From positions 1-64,000 of the forward strand of contig JBHIFL010000004.1 in the NCBI GenBank assembly GCA_046761065.1: DNA of 64,000 nt. Direction: 5' to 3'. The translations under genes were made by a program, and so were the position numbers. Below are positions 1 through 10,684 of this stretch, one piece after another. How positions within the stretch are numbered: position 1 is the stretch's first letter; every line of letters starts with the position of its first letter. The stretch is from Candidatus Heimdallarchaeota archaeon. GTDB taxonomy: Archaea; Asgardarchaeota; Wukongarchaeia; Wukongarchaeales; JBHIFL01. The notes beneath the pieces were generated by a model that had not been told where the DNA came from, did no database searches, and was given only the letters and a program-made list of their open reading frames with translations.

Positions 1-188
1 GCGAATTCGCCTCAAGCGCCTTTACCCCTCATACTCCGGGTAACAGAGTACTAGAATTTACAGGAATCTAGTATAGAACCCACTTTTATGGAAGCACCTT
101 CCAAGAAGTACCAAAAATTATAAGGACAATAAACCAATTGAACGCTGGAACGAATAATATCCATATTATTGTTGGGGAAGAAATTTAA

Positions 189-1796
189 ATGGTAGAGATC
201 ACCGCAAACACCTTATATGACAACAATAAGAGGGAGCTTCAAGAATATTTTTGGGGGATAGTCCCAACATCAATAGGAGATGCCTTAAGAACGAGTTATA
301 CAAAGACCCTTCCCCAGACAAATGAATATCTTATAGATGGTTTAGAAAAAGTTCTGTGGAGATATCATTTGAAACTCGGTATTTTAACCGAGAAAGTAGA
401 AGAGAACCTTTCCAAACTCAGAGAAGGGGTTATTATTACAGGACAACAGCCAGCTCCTTGTGGAGGGAAAGGTTTTATAGGAAATAAGATTTCAACTATA
501 TGTAAACTAGCTAAACTCAGTGAAGAAAACTCTAAAACGTTAGTCCCTGTTTTTTATGTCGCGGACTATGACGGAATCCAGTCCGAGATTACCCATACGC
601 ACTTTCCGAATCCGAGTTCTTCGAAGAGCGTAGCAATTTCTATTACAGCGGAAGAACTGGTGGGACGGGCGGCAAATACTCTTCAACTCCCAGGTCCAAG
701 ATGGCTTAAAATCGTTATTGAGGAATTATCCAACCTTTATACCGAGTTTTTCGCTGATACCAGTCCGCCAGTCAGAAAACTTTTGAATACACGGCTTGAA
801 TGTTTACTTGCTTTGTTGTCAACAACATATCTGAGCTCATCAACTCTAACAGGGTGGTTTGTTAAGATCTGGGGAACTATTGCGAATATTCACAATGATT
901 TTGGGGTAATCTTCTTACCTATGTCAAATCCAGAGGTACGAGACATTGTGATCCAGGGAGGAGGGTATGAACAACTAGTAAAAAAGCGAAAAACATTCAT
1001 TGAGCAATTTAATCGGGCATCTGAGAAACTTAGACAATATGGAATTAAAACAGCTGTTGGAGATAGACCCAAAGATTATGTGCCATTCTTTCTGGAGTGC
1101 GATCATGATGCTTACCGCGTCAACTTATCCTTTGAGCAGGGGATGATTAGTGGGACGTGCCCAATCTGTGGAATGCGCTACGAGATTCCTTTTGACGAGA
1201 ATAACCCTAACTTCGATAATATCCGCCGACAGATCTCCCCACGCGTTGATTCAAGTCATATCCTGGTTCAATTCCTGTTACCTATCAAGATCCGGGTTTC
1301 CGGACCAGGAGAGATATCTTATTTTGCTCAAGTCTTTCCAGCGGCATCAGCTATTGGAATTAAGATGCCAGTTCTTCTCAAGTATACACGGATGTTCTAT
1401 AATGCACCTTGGCTTGAGACCCTAGGGAAAAAAATATCAGAAAAAAACCTCCCGTCCCTCCACTCCAGAGACTTTTTCAAGGCCTTATCTGGTTGGGTTA
1501 AAGCAAAACGAAGGAACGAACCAGAATTGCTGTTGCAAGCAACTGAGAGACTCACTAACCTAATTAATTCAGTGTATAATAGTTTACAAACCATTCCTGA
1601 CAAGGACGTGGAGCGCTACCTCTCCTGGCAATTTGGAGTGTTCGGGACCGGAACCTTTGGACAAGAAGTCTCTTGGAATTGGATCGATCTTGCGGTCAAT
1701 ACGGGGATCGAGGATTATCTTCAAACCTATATGCGCTATTACGAGAATGAAACACCAATCTCAGGCTATTATTTCTTGAATACATTGACAACATGA
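189..1796 (+). CDS. bshC: Bacillithiol biosynthesis cysteine-adding enzyme BshC
   Basis: BshC-type motifs VIITGQQP, VPVFYVA-x-YD and GPGEISYFAQ; adjacent to bshA and bshB homologues. Confidence 0.85.
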   Translation: MVEITANTLYDNNKRELQEYFWGIVPTSIGDALRTSYTKTLPQTNEYLIDGLEKVLWRYHLKLGILTEKVEENLSKLREGVIITGQQPAPCGGKGFIGNKISTICKLAKLSEENSKTLVPVFYVADYDGIQSEITHTHFPNPSSSKSVAISITAEELVGRAANTLQLPGPRWLKIVIEELSNLYTEFFADTSPPVRKLLNTRLECLLALLSTTYLSSSTLTGWFVKIWGTIANIHNDFGVIFLPMSNPEVRDIVIQGGGYEQLVKKRKTFIEQFNRASEKLRQYGIKTAVGDRPKDYVPFFLECDHDAYRVNLSFEQGMISGTCPICGMRYEIPFDENNPNFDNIRRQISPRVDSSHILVQFLLPIKIRVSGPGEISYFAQVFPAASAIGIKMPVLLKYTRMFYNAPWLETLGKKISEKNLPSLHSRDFFKALSGWVKAKRRNEPELLLQATERLTNLINSVYNSLQTIPDKDVERYLSWQFGVFGTGTFGQEVSWNWIDLAVNTGIEDYLQTYMRYYENETPISGYYFLNTLTT

Positions 1797-1896
1797 CCTT
1801 GCAAGTTATTGCAGAACTATGGAATTAATTGGAGTTTTAAAGTTAATATGTGATCGACCAAGAAATAGTGTATATTTTGAAGTTTTAAGAGAATGA

Positions 1897-3039
1897 TTAG
1901 GGTTGTTCAAGAAGTTTATAATACGTAGAAACGTAAAGTGGCACAACAGAATCTGGACTAAAATGTTTTTGAACATGCTGTCTTCCTGTTTTCCCCATCT
2001 GGTTCCGTCGAGGCGCATCTTCAAGAAGTTGGATTATTGTATTCGCTAAAGGTTCGGGATCGTCCTCTACAGGTAGTAAAATACCTGTTTTGCCATCTAA
2101 CACGACTTCAGGAATACCTCCCACATGAGAAGAAACGACTGGAGTTTCACAACTCATCGATTCAGCAAGAGTGAGGTTGAAACTCTCGAGTTCTGATGGA
2201 GCGACAAGGAGATCAGATCCTGAGAAAAGTCCGGGCATATCTCGTCTTATTCCCTCAAAAACAACGTTTTTGTCTAATCCCAATGTGTGTACGAGTCGTT
2301 CAGCCGTATAGCGCTCAGGTCCGTCCCCCACCATCTCAAGCCGTGTGTGGGGGTGTGTTTCGACTACTTTCGCAAAAGCTTTGATTAGGAAAGGTGTTCT
2401 CTTAATTGGACGAAAATTTGAGGCATGAATGAGGACATGATCGAAGCCATCATGTAACCTGAGATCGTCTCGATTGATATTCCGAAAGCGGTTTGTGTCA
2501 ATGAAGTTATAGATTACCTCAGTATCGTTTTTCAGTTCAAAATCCCGCTCCATATTAATTTTAAGCCAACGTGATACTGCTGTAAGTTTATTAGAACGAA
2601 GTAAAACAAATTTAACAGCCGGCTTATAAGCGGGGTCAACCCCAACCGTGTGAACGTCTGACCCATGAGCGGTTGTGACAGTCTTAATTCGGTGATTACA
2701 CAACTCTTGTGCAACACAAGCAGCTAATGCATGTGGAATCACATAGTGAGTATGAATAATATCTAATTTATGCTTCTCAGCAACGTGGAAGATTTTTGTT
2801 GCTTCAAGCATAGTGAAGGGGGGGTGTATACGCCTAAATAAGGGATAATCAATGATATCTACATGATGGATAAACAAATTACACGGACGTAATTCCCGGC
2901 CCTCTTGTAAAAGGAAAGGCACGTCATACACAATAAAATGGACTTCAATATCGTAATGACATGCCAGTTCGATCCCTAAATTTGAGGCTACAAAGCCCGA
3001 GCCGCCCACAGAGGGATAACACACAATGCCAACCTTCAT
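1897..3039 (-). CDS. bshA: N-acetyl-alpha-D-glucosaminyl L-malate synthase BshA (GT4 glycosyltransferase)
   Basis: MKVGIVCYPSVGGSG N-terminus, HYVIPH, HGSD, SNFRPIKR and ESFNL..AE motifs. Start moved from ORF coordinate 3111 to ATG 3039, which has a GGTGA SD-like site upstream. Confidence 0.92.
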   Translation of the reverse strand: MKVGIVCYPSVGGSGFVASNLGIELACHYDIEVHFIVYDVPFLLQEGRELRPCNLFIHHVDIIDYPLFRRIHPPFTMLEATKIFHVAEKHKLDIIHTHYVIPHALAACVAQELCNHRIKTVTTAHGSDVHTVGVDPAYKPAVKFVLLRSNKLTAVSRWLKINMERDFELKNDTEVIYNFIDTNRFRNINRDDLRLHDGFDHVLIHASNFRPIKRTPFLIKAFAKVVETHPHTRLEMVGDGPERYTAERLVHTLGLDKNVVFEGIRRDMPGLFSGSDLLVAPSELESFNLTLAESMSCETPVVSSHVGGIPEVVLDGKTGILLPVEDDPEPLANTIIQLLEDAPRRNQMGKTGRQHVQKHFSPDSVVPLYVSTYYKLLEQP

Positions 3040-3107
3040 CCACTCACCTTCTTTGTTGGTGATTTGTACAACAGTCTCTAATAATAATGAGACAGAAAGT
3101 GTGAAGT

Positions 3108-3941
3108 TCAAATAAGATATTGAACCGCCTTATTTTCAGGTGGAAGGGCTACGCCTGTGGCAAAATTACTGTCCTCCCGAACTAAAGAGGCAAATGTGCC
3201 CTTGTAGCGCTTGAAGTGGAACATTTCTGCAAATTCACACCCAGAAGCTTGCCCATAGCGCTTTGTCGTGTGATATTTCCATTTTTTGATGTCCATTGGA
3301 AATATATCATTATAGATTTGACTTATTTGATCTACGATGTCTATTGCTTCAGAGATGTCTATATATATTTTTGGCGCAGGATTGCTTGTATATCCATATG
3401 TATAGATATTAATTCCTGATTCATATTTTGGACGATAAGCTGGGATGTCTGGGAGAAGTCGAGGAATACGTGCGTAGATACTGGCGTCTAACACGAGCTT
3501 TCCGGTATTTCGATGGTCGGGATGCCCCTCCACTTGGGAATCCCAGGTAATGATTGCCGTGGGTCTTGTTTTTCGAATGAGTTCGGCTACTTTTAATGCA
3601 GCGTCTCGAGAATCAGGGACATTTGAGTCGGGGAAATCTAAAAACACCGGTTTTGCACCAACTAGACAAGCTGTTTCCTTTGCTTGGTTTGTTCGTATAG
3701 CCGCAACATCTTCAAGACTGTATTCTGCAGGATCAAAAACCGAAATAAGTTCCCCCCGAGTCATCCAGGCCAAGAACACCTTATCTCCCCGAGCAGAATG
3801 ATTCTTTAGAGTGCCCACCATTCCAATCTCATCATCAGGATGAGCTACGATTCCAAGGATTCTCATTGGTTCGTTACGACTCTTACCAGTTTTCAAGGGT
3901 TTTTTGCTCTCCATAACCGTATATGTTGCCTGTTGGATCAT
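3108..3941 (-). CDS. bshB: PIG-L/LmbE-family deacetylase, probable BshB
   Basis: AHPDDE and HPDH metal motifs; immediately upstream of bshA. The true start may be slightly downstream. Confidence 0.8.
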   Translation of the reverse strand: MIQQATYTVMESKKPLKTGKSRNEPMRILGIVAHPDDEIGMVGTLKNHSARGDKVFLAWMTRGELISVFDPAEYSLEDVAAIRTNQAKETACLVGAKPVFLDFPDSNVPDSRDAALKVAELIRKTRPTAIITWDSQVEGHPDHRNTGKLVLDASIYARIPRLLPDIPAYRPKYESGINIYTYGYTSNPAPKIYIDISEAIDIVDQISQIYNDIFPMDIKKWKYHTTKRYGQASGCEFAEMFHFKRYKGTFASLVREDSNFATGVALPPENKAVQYLI

Positions 3942-4436
3942 CCCAACTGAATAATCTAGCTTTTCAGACCATAGAATTGGTAAATTGATCAGGAATGGAA
4001 TATAGAACTTATTTTTTAGCTATGGGGCATCCAGCTGTTTTCTCGTCGTGAACACAAGGTAAAATCACTACGCATCGTGGAAAAACACCAACATTGATAA
4101 ATAAGAAATAAATCGAATAGGTTTCTCAGTTTTGATCAGGAGTAGTCTTTATGTTCTTAGTATGTTCACCTTACCATAGTAAACTTCAAATCCAATATTT
4201 TTACAAAGATTTAATCTCTAGAATATAAGCTACGTTTTTCGTTTTAAAAACCTTATGAGGACAAATCAAATCCAACTCCTATCAGAAAATGCGGTAAAAA
4301 TGTGATTTCTTTTATAATGTCGGTTTATAAACGTCATCCAACTGAAAATAAGTGAAATGAGTCATCAAATTAACAGTAAAGAATAAAAGCATTTACAATA
4401 AACTGTCTCTTAATTCCTTTACTAACCTTTTTTGAG

Positions 4437-5882
4437 GTGAAAGGATTGAAAACCAAAAAAAGAATAGCGTCGTGGGTTCTACTGGCAACAATGCTGCTTG
4501 TTATAGGAGGAATCAGCGTACAAGGAACAAAGAATGTAACAGCAAGTTCACTACAAGATACCCTAGTGGTATTGCACCCGCATTCCGAAGACTTTGCAAA
4601 TTGGGTCTTTGACGATTTCAAAGTTTGGTATCAAGAGGAGACCGGAAAGTCGATCGGTATATCAACTATAATGAAATATTCTGGCGAATGTTACGAGGCT
4701 GTTGCAACATGGAATGGAACCGCTCCTGAAGCTGATATTTGGTGGGGTGGCGGTGTCTACTATTTTGACTTAGGAGTGTCAGGAGATCTATTAGAAGGGT
4801 ATACGGTCGTCGGCGACGAAGAAATCATCGATGAATTCGGTGGTTGGGCCATGAAAGGAGCTCTCAAGGATGGAAAGCACACTTGGTATGCTGCTGCTTT
4901 GAGTGGTTTCGGTTTTATGTGGAATACGGAGTATCTAGCAGCTAATGGCCTTGATACCCCTTCCAGCTGGATCGATTTAACAGATCACCAGTACATGGGC
5001 CATATTTTTATGACAAGTTCTAAAAAATCCGGCTCCACAGTGGCATCAATCAAACAACAACTCCAAGCCCGACCCTATGAAGAGGGATGGGCTCTGTGGA
5101 CTCAAATTGCTGCTAATGTGGCGACATTCGGTTCAAGTAGCGGCGCAGTTCGAGATGAAGTTGCTGCCGGTACATACGGCATCGGTATAGTGATCGATTA
5201 TTACTATTACCAGAAAGTGGCAACCGGTGATCCGGTAGGCTTCAGCTTTGGTGAAGCAACCACTGTTAGTCCAGATCCTGCGGGCATCATCAAGAATGCT
5301 CCACACACGGCACAAGCTCAGAAATTTATGGACTACTTGGTTTCAGTGAGAGGCCAAACTCGAGTTGGGAAATACAGACCCCCAATCCGCCAAGATGCTA
5401 CACCAACTCCCCCCGTGTTAAATGCATTTGATCCTAAAGCTTTCCCAGCGATTCCAGGTTTTGATCCTGCTGTAGATGGTAAGATCCATAGTAGGGCAAG
5501 AGATGTCTTTCATCATTGGCTGGAAGTGAATCACGATACCGCCATTGCTGCGTGGACTGAGATGGGGAAAGCTCATGAGAAGCATGAAGCCGCGATAGAT
5601 GCCTTCACCAAAGTACCAGAAGACGTAGATACAATGAACGAACTAAAATACGTTGATTATAAGGATCCCACTGTAACTGCTAGCTGGGAGACGCATGGTG
5701 CCACTCAGTTCGCAGCCGCATTAGACATGGCAAAAGCTGTGACCCCTTCGCCTCCTACAACCGTAACAGCTACAGCTACAGTAACAGTCTCTGAGATTGA
5801 CATGGATTGGTTTTTCCCACTAGCAGGAATTTTAGCAATCCCTGCCATCATCCCAGTAATCTTACGTAAGCGTAAGAAATGA
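4437..5882 (+). CDS. ABC transporter substrate-binding protein (Fe3+/thiamine/phosphonate class) with C-terminal membrane anchor
   Basis: Signal peptide, ADIWWGGG, P.SW.DL and SGS motifs; Thr-rich linker, hydrophobic C-terminal helix and RKRKK tail. Confidence 0.85.
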   Translation: MKGLKTKKRIASWVLLATMLLVIGGISVQGTKNVTASSLQDTLVVLHPHSEDFANWVFDDFKVWYQEETGKSIGISTIMKYSGECYEAVATWNGTAPEADIWWGGGVYYFDLGVSGDLLEGYTVVGDEEIIDEFGGWAMKGALKDGKHTWYAAALSGFGFMWNTEYLAANGLDTPSSWIDLTDHQYMGHIFMTSSKKSGSTVASIKQQLQARPYEEGWALWTQIAANVATFGSSSGAVRDEVAAGTYGIGIVIDYYYYQKVATGDPVGFSFGEATTVSPDPAGIIKNAPHTAQAQKFMDYLVSVRGQTRVGKYRPPIRQDATPTPPVLNAFDPKAFPAIPGFDPAVDGKIHSRARDVFHHWLEVNHDTAIAAWTEMGKAHEKHEAAIDAFTKVPEDVDTMNELKYVDYKDPTVTASWETHGATQFAAALDMAKAVTPSPPTTVTATATVTVSEIDMDWFFPLAGILAIPAIIPVILRKRKK

Positions 5883-5974
5883 AGATACCAATGCTACTAT
5901 AGACACACCCATAATTCACCCCTCTCTTTTTTTATTAAGCCACTTTAAAATTAAGATAAGCAGGAGCAGAAAGT

Positions 5975-7795
5975 ATGGAGGACATGATTCAACAGAAACC
6001 GGGGCGTGGAGGACTACAACGTTTTTTAAATATGCCAAAAATAAGACTTGAGGATCCAGGAACTTTAGGACTGTTTGCACTTGCAGTCCTGTTACTGACA
6101 CTATTTATCTTAGCACCTGTTGGGGCGACTATATGGCGGGCATTCTTGTACGAAGATAAACCTAGTCTTTTCTGGTTTAAATTCGTTCTTGGGATAGGAA
6201 AGAACGTTAGCCTGCAATGGCGAAAAGGTATAATAAATGCTCTTTTTGCGGGAGCCATGACAGTCGTAGGGTCGTCAATTATTGGAATACCTACGGCTTG
6301 GATGTTGACACGATTTAGATTTTACGGAAAATCGGTTTTCCGAGTATCCGCTTTAATTCCTCTGATTATTCCTCCTTTTGTAGGCGCTTTTGCAATGAAC
6401 CGGCTTTTGGCGCGTAACGGGATGGTTTCAAATTTTATTTCTAGAGAATTTCTCCCAATACTTGGGATCGAGGTTGAAAACCCAGCCACCTTTGCTCTGA
6501 TTAGTGACTCTGTTTGGGGAATTATCTACGTTCAGACCGTTCATTTATGGCCTTTAATCTACCTCAACGTTGCAAGCTCATTGAGCAAGATCGATCCCAC
6601 TTTAGAACAAAGCGCTCGAAATCTTGGCGCTTCGGGTGTGCAACACTTCTTTAAGATCACTTTTCCCCTCGCGTTACCTGGTTATGCCGCAGGGGTTCTA
6701 TTAGTATTCATCTGGTCCATTGCAGATCTTGGAACTCCCCTTATGCTACATTTCCACCAGTATGCCCCTGTGATGGCTTTTTCAGAAATAGTAGCAGAAG
6801 AAAAACCTCTTGAAGGCGCAGCATATGCAACCATAGTCATCATCACAATTATCTCAATTCTCACACTTTTAGCCGTTTCCCGAATTGTAGGGACAAAAGA
6901 GTATGCTACAGTCCGTGTCGGGGCGGCAGCAGAATCGGTACTCAAACCAGCCGGATTACGGTTGACAATCTTCTTCTGGCTGATCTTTGGCTTTTTAACG
7001 CTTATGTCATCTATACCGCATATTGGCCTCATTTTTGTGACTTTTGGAAAACGAATACCCTATGGAGAATGGTTCCCTCCGGGATTTTCGGCTAACAGTC
7101 TTCAAGAAGTCCTGACAAATACAAATACTCGCTTATTCATATTGAATAGTCTGGTATATAGTTTTCTAGCGATGCTGCTTTCCGTGTTTCTTGGTGCGAT
7201 AATTGGTTATATTTTAGTAAGAAAGCAGATCATCGGAAAAAAATTCTTAGACATATCATCGATGGCTCCATTTGCTATCCCTGGGATTGTAATCGCATCC
7301 GGATATATTTACTTCTTTAAGACTCCCATTCATTTCTTAGGCGATAACCGACTCACCAATTTTTGGTTTATTCTTGTTCTGGCTTATGGCATGAGGCGAC
7401 TTCCCTATGCAGTGAGATCCACACATGCAGTGCTGCAACAAATCCATCCTGCTCTCGAGGAAGCGGCAAGTAATTTAGGCGCATCAGGCACTACGAAATT
7501 TTCAAGAATAACACTCCCCTTAATGGCACCTGGAATCCTTGCTGGGGGGACTCTTGCCTTTATTAGCTCATTCACCGAAGTATCAACCTCTATAGTGATC
7601 CAACCGCAACATGCAATAATTCCAGGGCAACATGCACGACCTATTACACTTGGCATTTATAATTTGGCACTCCGAGGAGGAGATGTTTCAATCCCAGGAG
7701 CCTTGGGTTGTGTTCAATTGATTGTTGCGACCATAGGCTTTATTGTTACAAATAAAATATTAGGAGCACGAACGGGAGTTGCGTTTGGTGCTTAA
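5975..7795 (+). CDS. ABC transporter permease (FbpB-like, two fused modules)
   Basis: Many TM segments; two EAA loops (LEQSARNLGAS and LEEAASNLGAS). Confidence 0.9.
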   Translation: MEDMIQQKPGRGGLQRFLNMPKIRLEDPGTLGLFALAVLLLTLFILAPVGATIWRAFLYEDKPSLFWFKFVLGIGKNVSLQWRKGIINALFAGAMTVVGSSIIGIPTAWMLTRFRFYGKSVFRVSALIPLIIPPFVGAFAMNRLLARNGMVSNFISREFLPILGIEVENPATFALISDSVWGIIYVQTVHLWPLIYLNVASSLSKIDPTLEQSARNLGASGVQHFFKITFPLALPGYAAGVLLVFIWSIADLGTPLMLHFHQYAPVMAFSEIVAEEKPLEGAAYATIVIITIISILTLLAVSRIVGTKEYATVRVGAAAESVLKPAGLRLTIFFWLIFGFLTLMSSIPHIGLIFVTFGKRIPYGEWFPPGFSANSLQEVLTNTNTRLFILNSLVYSFLAMLLSVFLGAIIGYILVRKQIIGKKFLDISSMAPFAIPGIVIASGYIYFFKTPIHFLGDNRLTNFWFILVLAYGMRRLPYAVRSTHAVLQQIHPALEEAASNLGASGTTKFSRITLPLMAPGILAGGTLAFISSFTEVSTSIVIQPQHAIIPGQHARPITLGIYNLALRGGDVSIPGALGCVQLIVATIGFIVTNKILGARTGVAFGA

Positions 7796-7820
7796 TCGAT
7801 TGACCACCAGAGGTTGTTAG

Positions 7821-8906
7821 ATGGTAACAGTTCGGCTCGAACACGTCTCAAAACAATTTGGATCTGTTGTAGCAGTAGATGACATCTCTCTTGGCGTAAA
7901 TGAAGGTGAATTCTTTACTCTTCTAGGCCCTTCCGGTTGTGGGAAGACTACGACGTTACGGATGATCGCTGGTTTCTACAAACCCGATAAAGGTAATATC
8001 TACTTTAGTAAAACGCGTATTAATAACATTTCACCCCATAAACGAGACACTGGCATGGTTTTTCAGAATTATGCTTTATGGCCTCACATGACGATCTTTT
8101 CGAATGTAGCATTTGGTCTTCAGATGCGAAAATTTCCTCGCGAAGAGATAACGAAGAGAGTAAAACAGATACTAGAGCTCGTGGGAATGGCAGGAATGGA
8201 AGACCGAAACCCGGGGCAATTGAGTGGAGGACAACAACAACGAGTGGCGTTAGCTAGAGCCTTGGTAATTGAGCCCCAAGTCCTGCTGCTGGATGAACCC
8301 TTGAGCAACTTAGATGCAAAGTTACGTGTCGAAATGCGCACTGAGATTCGGCGAATCCAGAAGGAACTCGCAATAACATCCATATACGTCACGCATGATC
8401 AGGAAGAAAGTCTTTCAATTTCAGATAGAATAGCCATTATGAATAAAGGAAGGTTGGAGCAGGTAGGTACCCCACGAGAGATCTATGAGCAGCCGAAAAA
8501 TAAGTTCGTTGCCGAGTTCATCGGTTCAATCAATTTCATTAAAGGTACAATTGTCTCACTTGACGGACCAATCACAACGCTTGATACGGCATATGGGAAA
8601 GTCAGAGCCCAAACAATTAAAAGTCAAAAAGTAGCGGAAAATCAAAAAGTTTTATGTGCTGTTAGACCAGAAGTGTTTCGAATCATATCGAAAAGTCAAG
8701 CTGCAGGGCAAAAAAATGCTATTTTGGGAACTGTCGAGCAACTTACATACTTAGGAGACACGGTAAAATACCAGATCCGTGCTGAGGAAACTGAGCAGGT
8801 TTTCAGTGTGAGCATTCAAAACACAGCAGGAAGGCAGGTATTTGAAAGTGGTGAAAAGGTCATATTAACCTTTTCAGAGAAAAATACACGCCTAGTGATT
8901 ATTTAG
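7821..8906 (+). CDS. ABC transporter ATP-binding subunit (FbpC/PotA-like)
   Basis: GPSGCGKT, LSGGQQQR, LLLDEP and VTHDQ motifs; C-terminal TOBE-like region. Confidence 0.95.
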   Translation: MVTVRLEHVSKQFGSVVAVDDISLGVNEGEFFTLLGPSGCGKTTTLRMIAGFYKPDKGNIYFSKTRINNISPHKRDTGMVFQNYALWPHMTIFSNVAFGLQMRKFPREEITKRVKQILELVGMAGMEDRNPGQLSGGQQQRVALARALVIEPQVLLLDEPLSNLDAKLRVEMRTEIRRIQKELAITSIYVTHDQEESLSISDRIAIMNKGRLEQVGTPREIYEQPKNKFVAEFIGSINFIKGTIVSLDGPITTLDTAYGKVRAQTIKSQKVAENQKVLCAVRPEVFRIISKSQAAGQKNAILGTVEQLTYLGDTVKYQIRAEETEQVFSVSIQNTAGRQVFESGEKVILTFSEKNTRLVII

Positions 8907-8968
8907 AATCCATCCACCAGCTGGTATATTTCCTCACCTTCGTTCCCCTGACTAGAAATTTTCGAAAT

Positions 8969-9202
8969 CTAGGTTGCCATGTCTTCATAGATAACAATCA
9001 GAAATGTGAGCCCCATAGCAATCAAAATGGGAATTAGGAGCAAGAGAGAAGGGTAAATGTCTCCAGTTAATTCTTTTCTTATCCCAATTCCTGATACCTT
9101 CCAAACGAGGACAAATCCAATCACTAACAAACATAAGAACCAATGAGACCTCAACCAGTATCCAATGTCCCTGAGTACGACAGAAAAATTTCTATGTGTC
9201 AT
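8969..9202 (-). CDS. Small two-helix membrane protein
   Basis: Two hydrophobic helices; ATG 9202 is preceded by GAGGT. Confidence 0.5.
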   Translation of the reverse strand: MTHRNFSVVLRDIGYWLRSHWFLCLLVIGFVLVWKVSGIGIRKELTGDIYPSLLLLIPILIAMGLTFLIVIYEDMAT

Positions 9203-9442
9203 TCTTTTATTTACCTCACAACATCCTTTATGGATTATATAAACTTTCAAAGGAAAATCTTCATAAGCTTTTATTTGTCATTTTCGCAACTTCTGAAAAA
9301 AAATATTCTATTAATCCACAGTTTCCAATGTCTTGCAGTAATTCAAAATGTGTATCATTATTCACTTACTCGGTCCATAGCAAGTTGATCAAAGAAATTT
9401 GCTTCATTTCTTCCCAAACTATAAGATGGAGTGTGAATATTT

Positions 9443-10078
9443 GTGTCCCACCGAAATACGGTGATTTTTGACGTAGATGGAACATTAACAGAAACGCGTA
9501 GTATCTGGCAGTTTATTCATGAAAACTTGGGAACGTGGGAGAAGGCGGGTAAATATTATCTGCAACAATTTCTAGCAGGACAAATCTCCTATGAGGACTT
9601 TGCAAAACGCGATGCCAGAGAATGGAAAGGAGTGCCTTTAAAGCGGTTGGAGGAAATCATTCATCGGGTGAAGTTTATTGATGGGGCGCAGGAGACCTTC
9701 AAACAGTTAAAAAATAAAATGAAAAGAATCTTTGTTATTTCTTCAGGCTTAGATGTTCTCGTGAAGCGAATTCTCAGAGAATTGGGAGCGATTTATGGGA
9801 TTGCAAATGAACTTGAAATCCGTCATGGGAAATTGACAGGGAAGGTAAAGATTAAGGTCCCGTGGGACGAAAAGGGAGTTGTTTTGGAAAAGATAGCAAA
9901 AACCTATAATATCAACCTCCATCAAGCAGTTGTGGTGGGAGATAGCGAGACCGATATTAGTATGTTCAACTTGTGTGGGACATCTATTGCCTTCAATCCA
10001 AGTTCTAATGATGTTGCCAGAGCAGCTACACATGTCATCCGAGAAAAAGATCTAAGGAAAATCCTGTTGTTTTTATAA
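9443..10078 (+). CDS. HAD-superfamily phosphatase, phosphoserine phosphatase-like
   Basis: FDVDGTL motif I, ISSG motif II, conserved K and GDSETD motif IV. Confidence 0.85.
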   Translation: MSHRNTVIFDVDGTLTETRSIWQFIHENLGTWEKAGKYYLQQFLAGQISYEDFAKRDAREWKGVPLKRLEEIIHRVKFIDGAQETFKQLKNKMKRIFVISSGLDVLVKRILRELGAIYGIANELEIRHGKLTGKVKIKVPWDEKGVVLEKIAKTYNINLHQAVVVGDSETDISMFNLCGTSIAFNPSSNDVARAATHVIREKDLRKILLFL

Positions 10079-10150
10079 TAAGCTAATAGAAATCCAGCAA
10101 ATTACTATAGGTTATTAAATTAAGATGTACGACTGGAGTTCATGATTTGA

Positions 10151-10684
10151 TCAAGGATAGAGGGCTGCTATAATCTTTGTATCAGGTCTACGGCGACTGT
10201 TTATTCGTTTTTGGTGTTTGGGGGATCTTTGAATCGTTCTAATAATGTTTCCATGCTCATCAAGAACGACCGAGTCACCCAGATGGTTTTTGGACAGGAT
10301 ATGGATCCCAAGCCACTGATTCGATTGGAGTTTTCTTACAGCATACAAACGTTTCTGGAAGATTGCAAGGGCAATATTATGGCGTACAAGTTTCGATACA
10401 ACCCGTGGGACAAACACCGCCATGAGGGCATCTAGAAAATATGATGGTCTTAAAATTTCCTTGCAAGCGTGTTCTACTATGTCCAAACAAATAGAACTTG
10501 TCTTCCATGCATTTTCGATATGATAAATATGCCCATTGCAAAAGAATTTTGCGTATGACAGGTTTTCTTCTAATGCCTTACTTTCGGCTTCCCTCCTGAG
10601 GTCCCTACCATTACTTAAATTCAACTTTAGGAATACGCCTTTGTATGACAGAAAAATTTGTTCTCTCGAGCTCAATCTGATCAC
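10151..10684 (-). CDS. Hypothetical basic protein, last gene of the Ubl operon
   Basis: 177-aa ORF with a 4-nt overlap with the preceding gene; no recognisable motif. Confidence 0.6.
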   Translation of the reverse strand: MIRLSSREQIFLSYKGVFLKLNLSNGRDLRREAESKALEENLSYAKFFCNGHIYHIENAWKTSSICLDIVEHACKEILRPSYFLDALMAVFVPRVVSKLVRHNIALAIFQKRLYAVRKLQSNQWLGIHILSKNHLGDSVVLDEHGNIIRTIQRSPKHQKRINSRRRPDTKIIAALYP

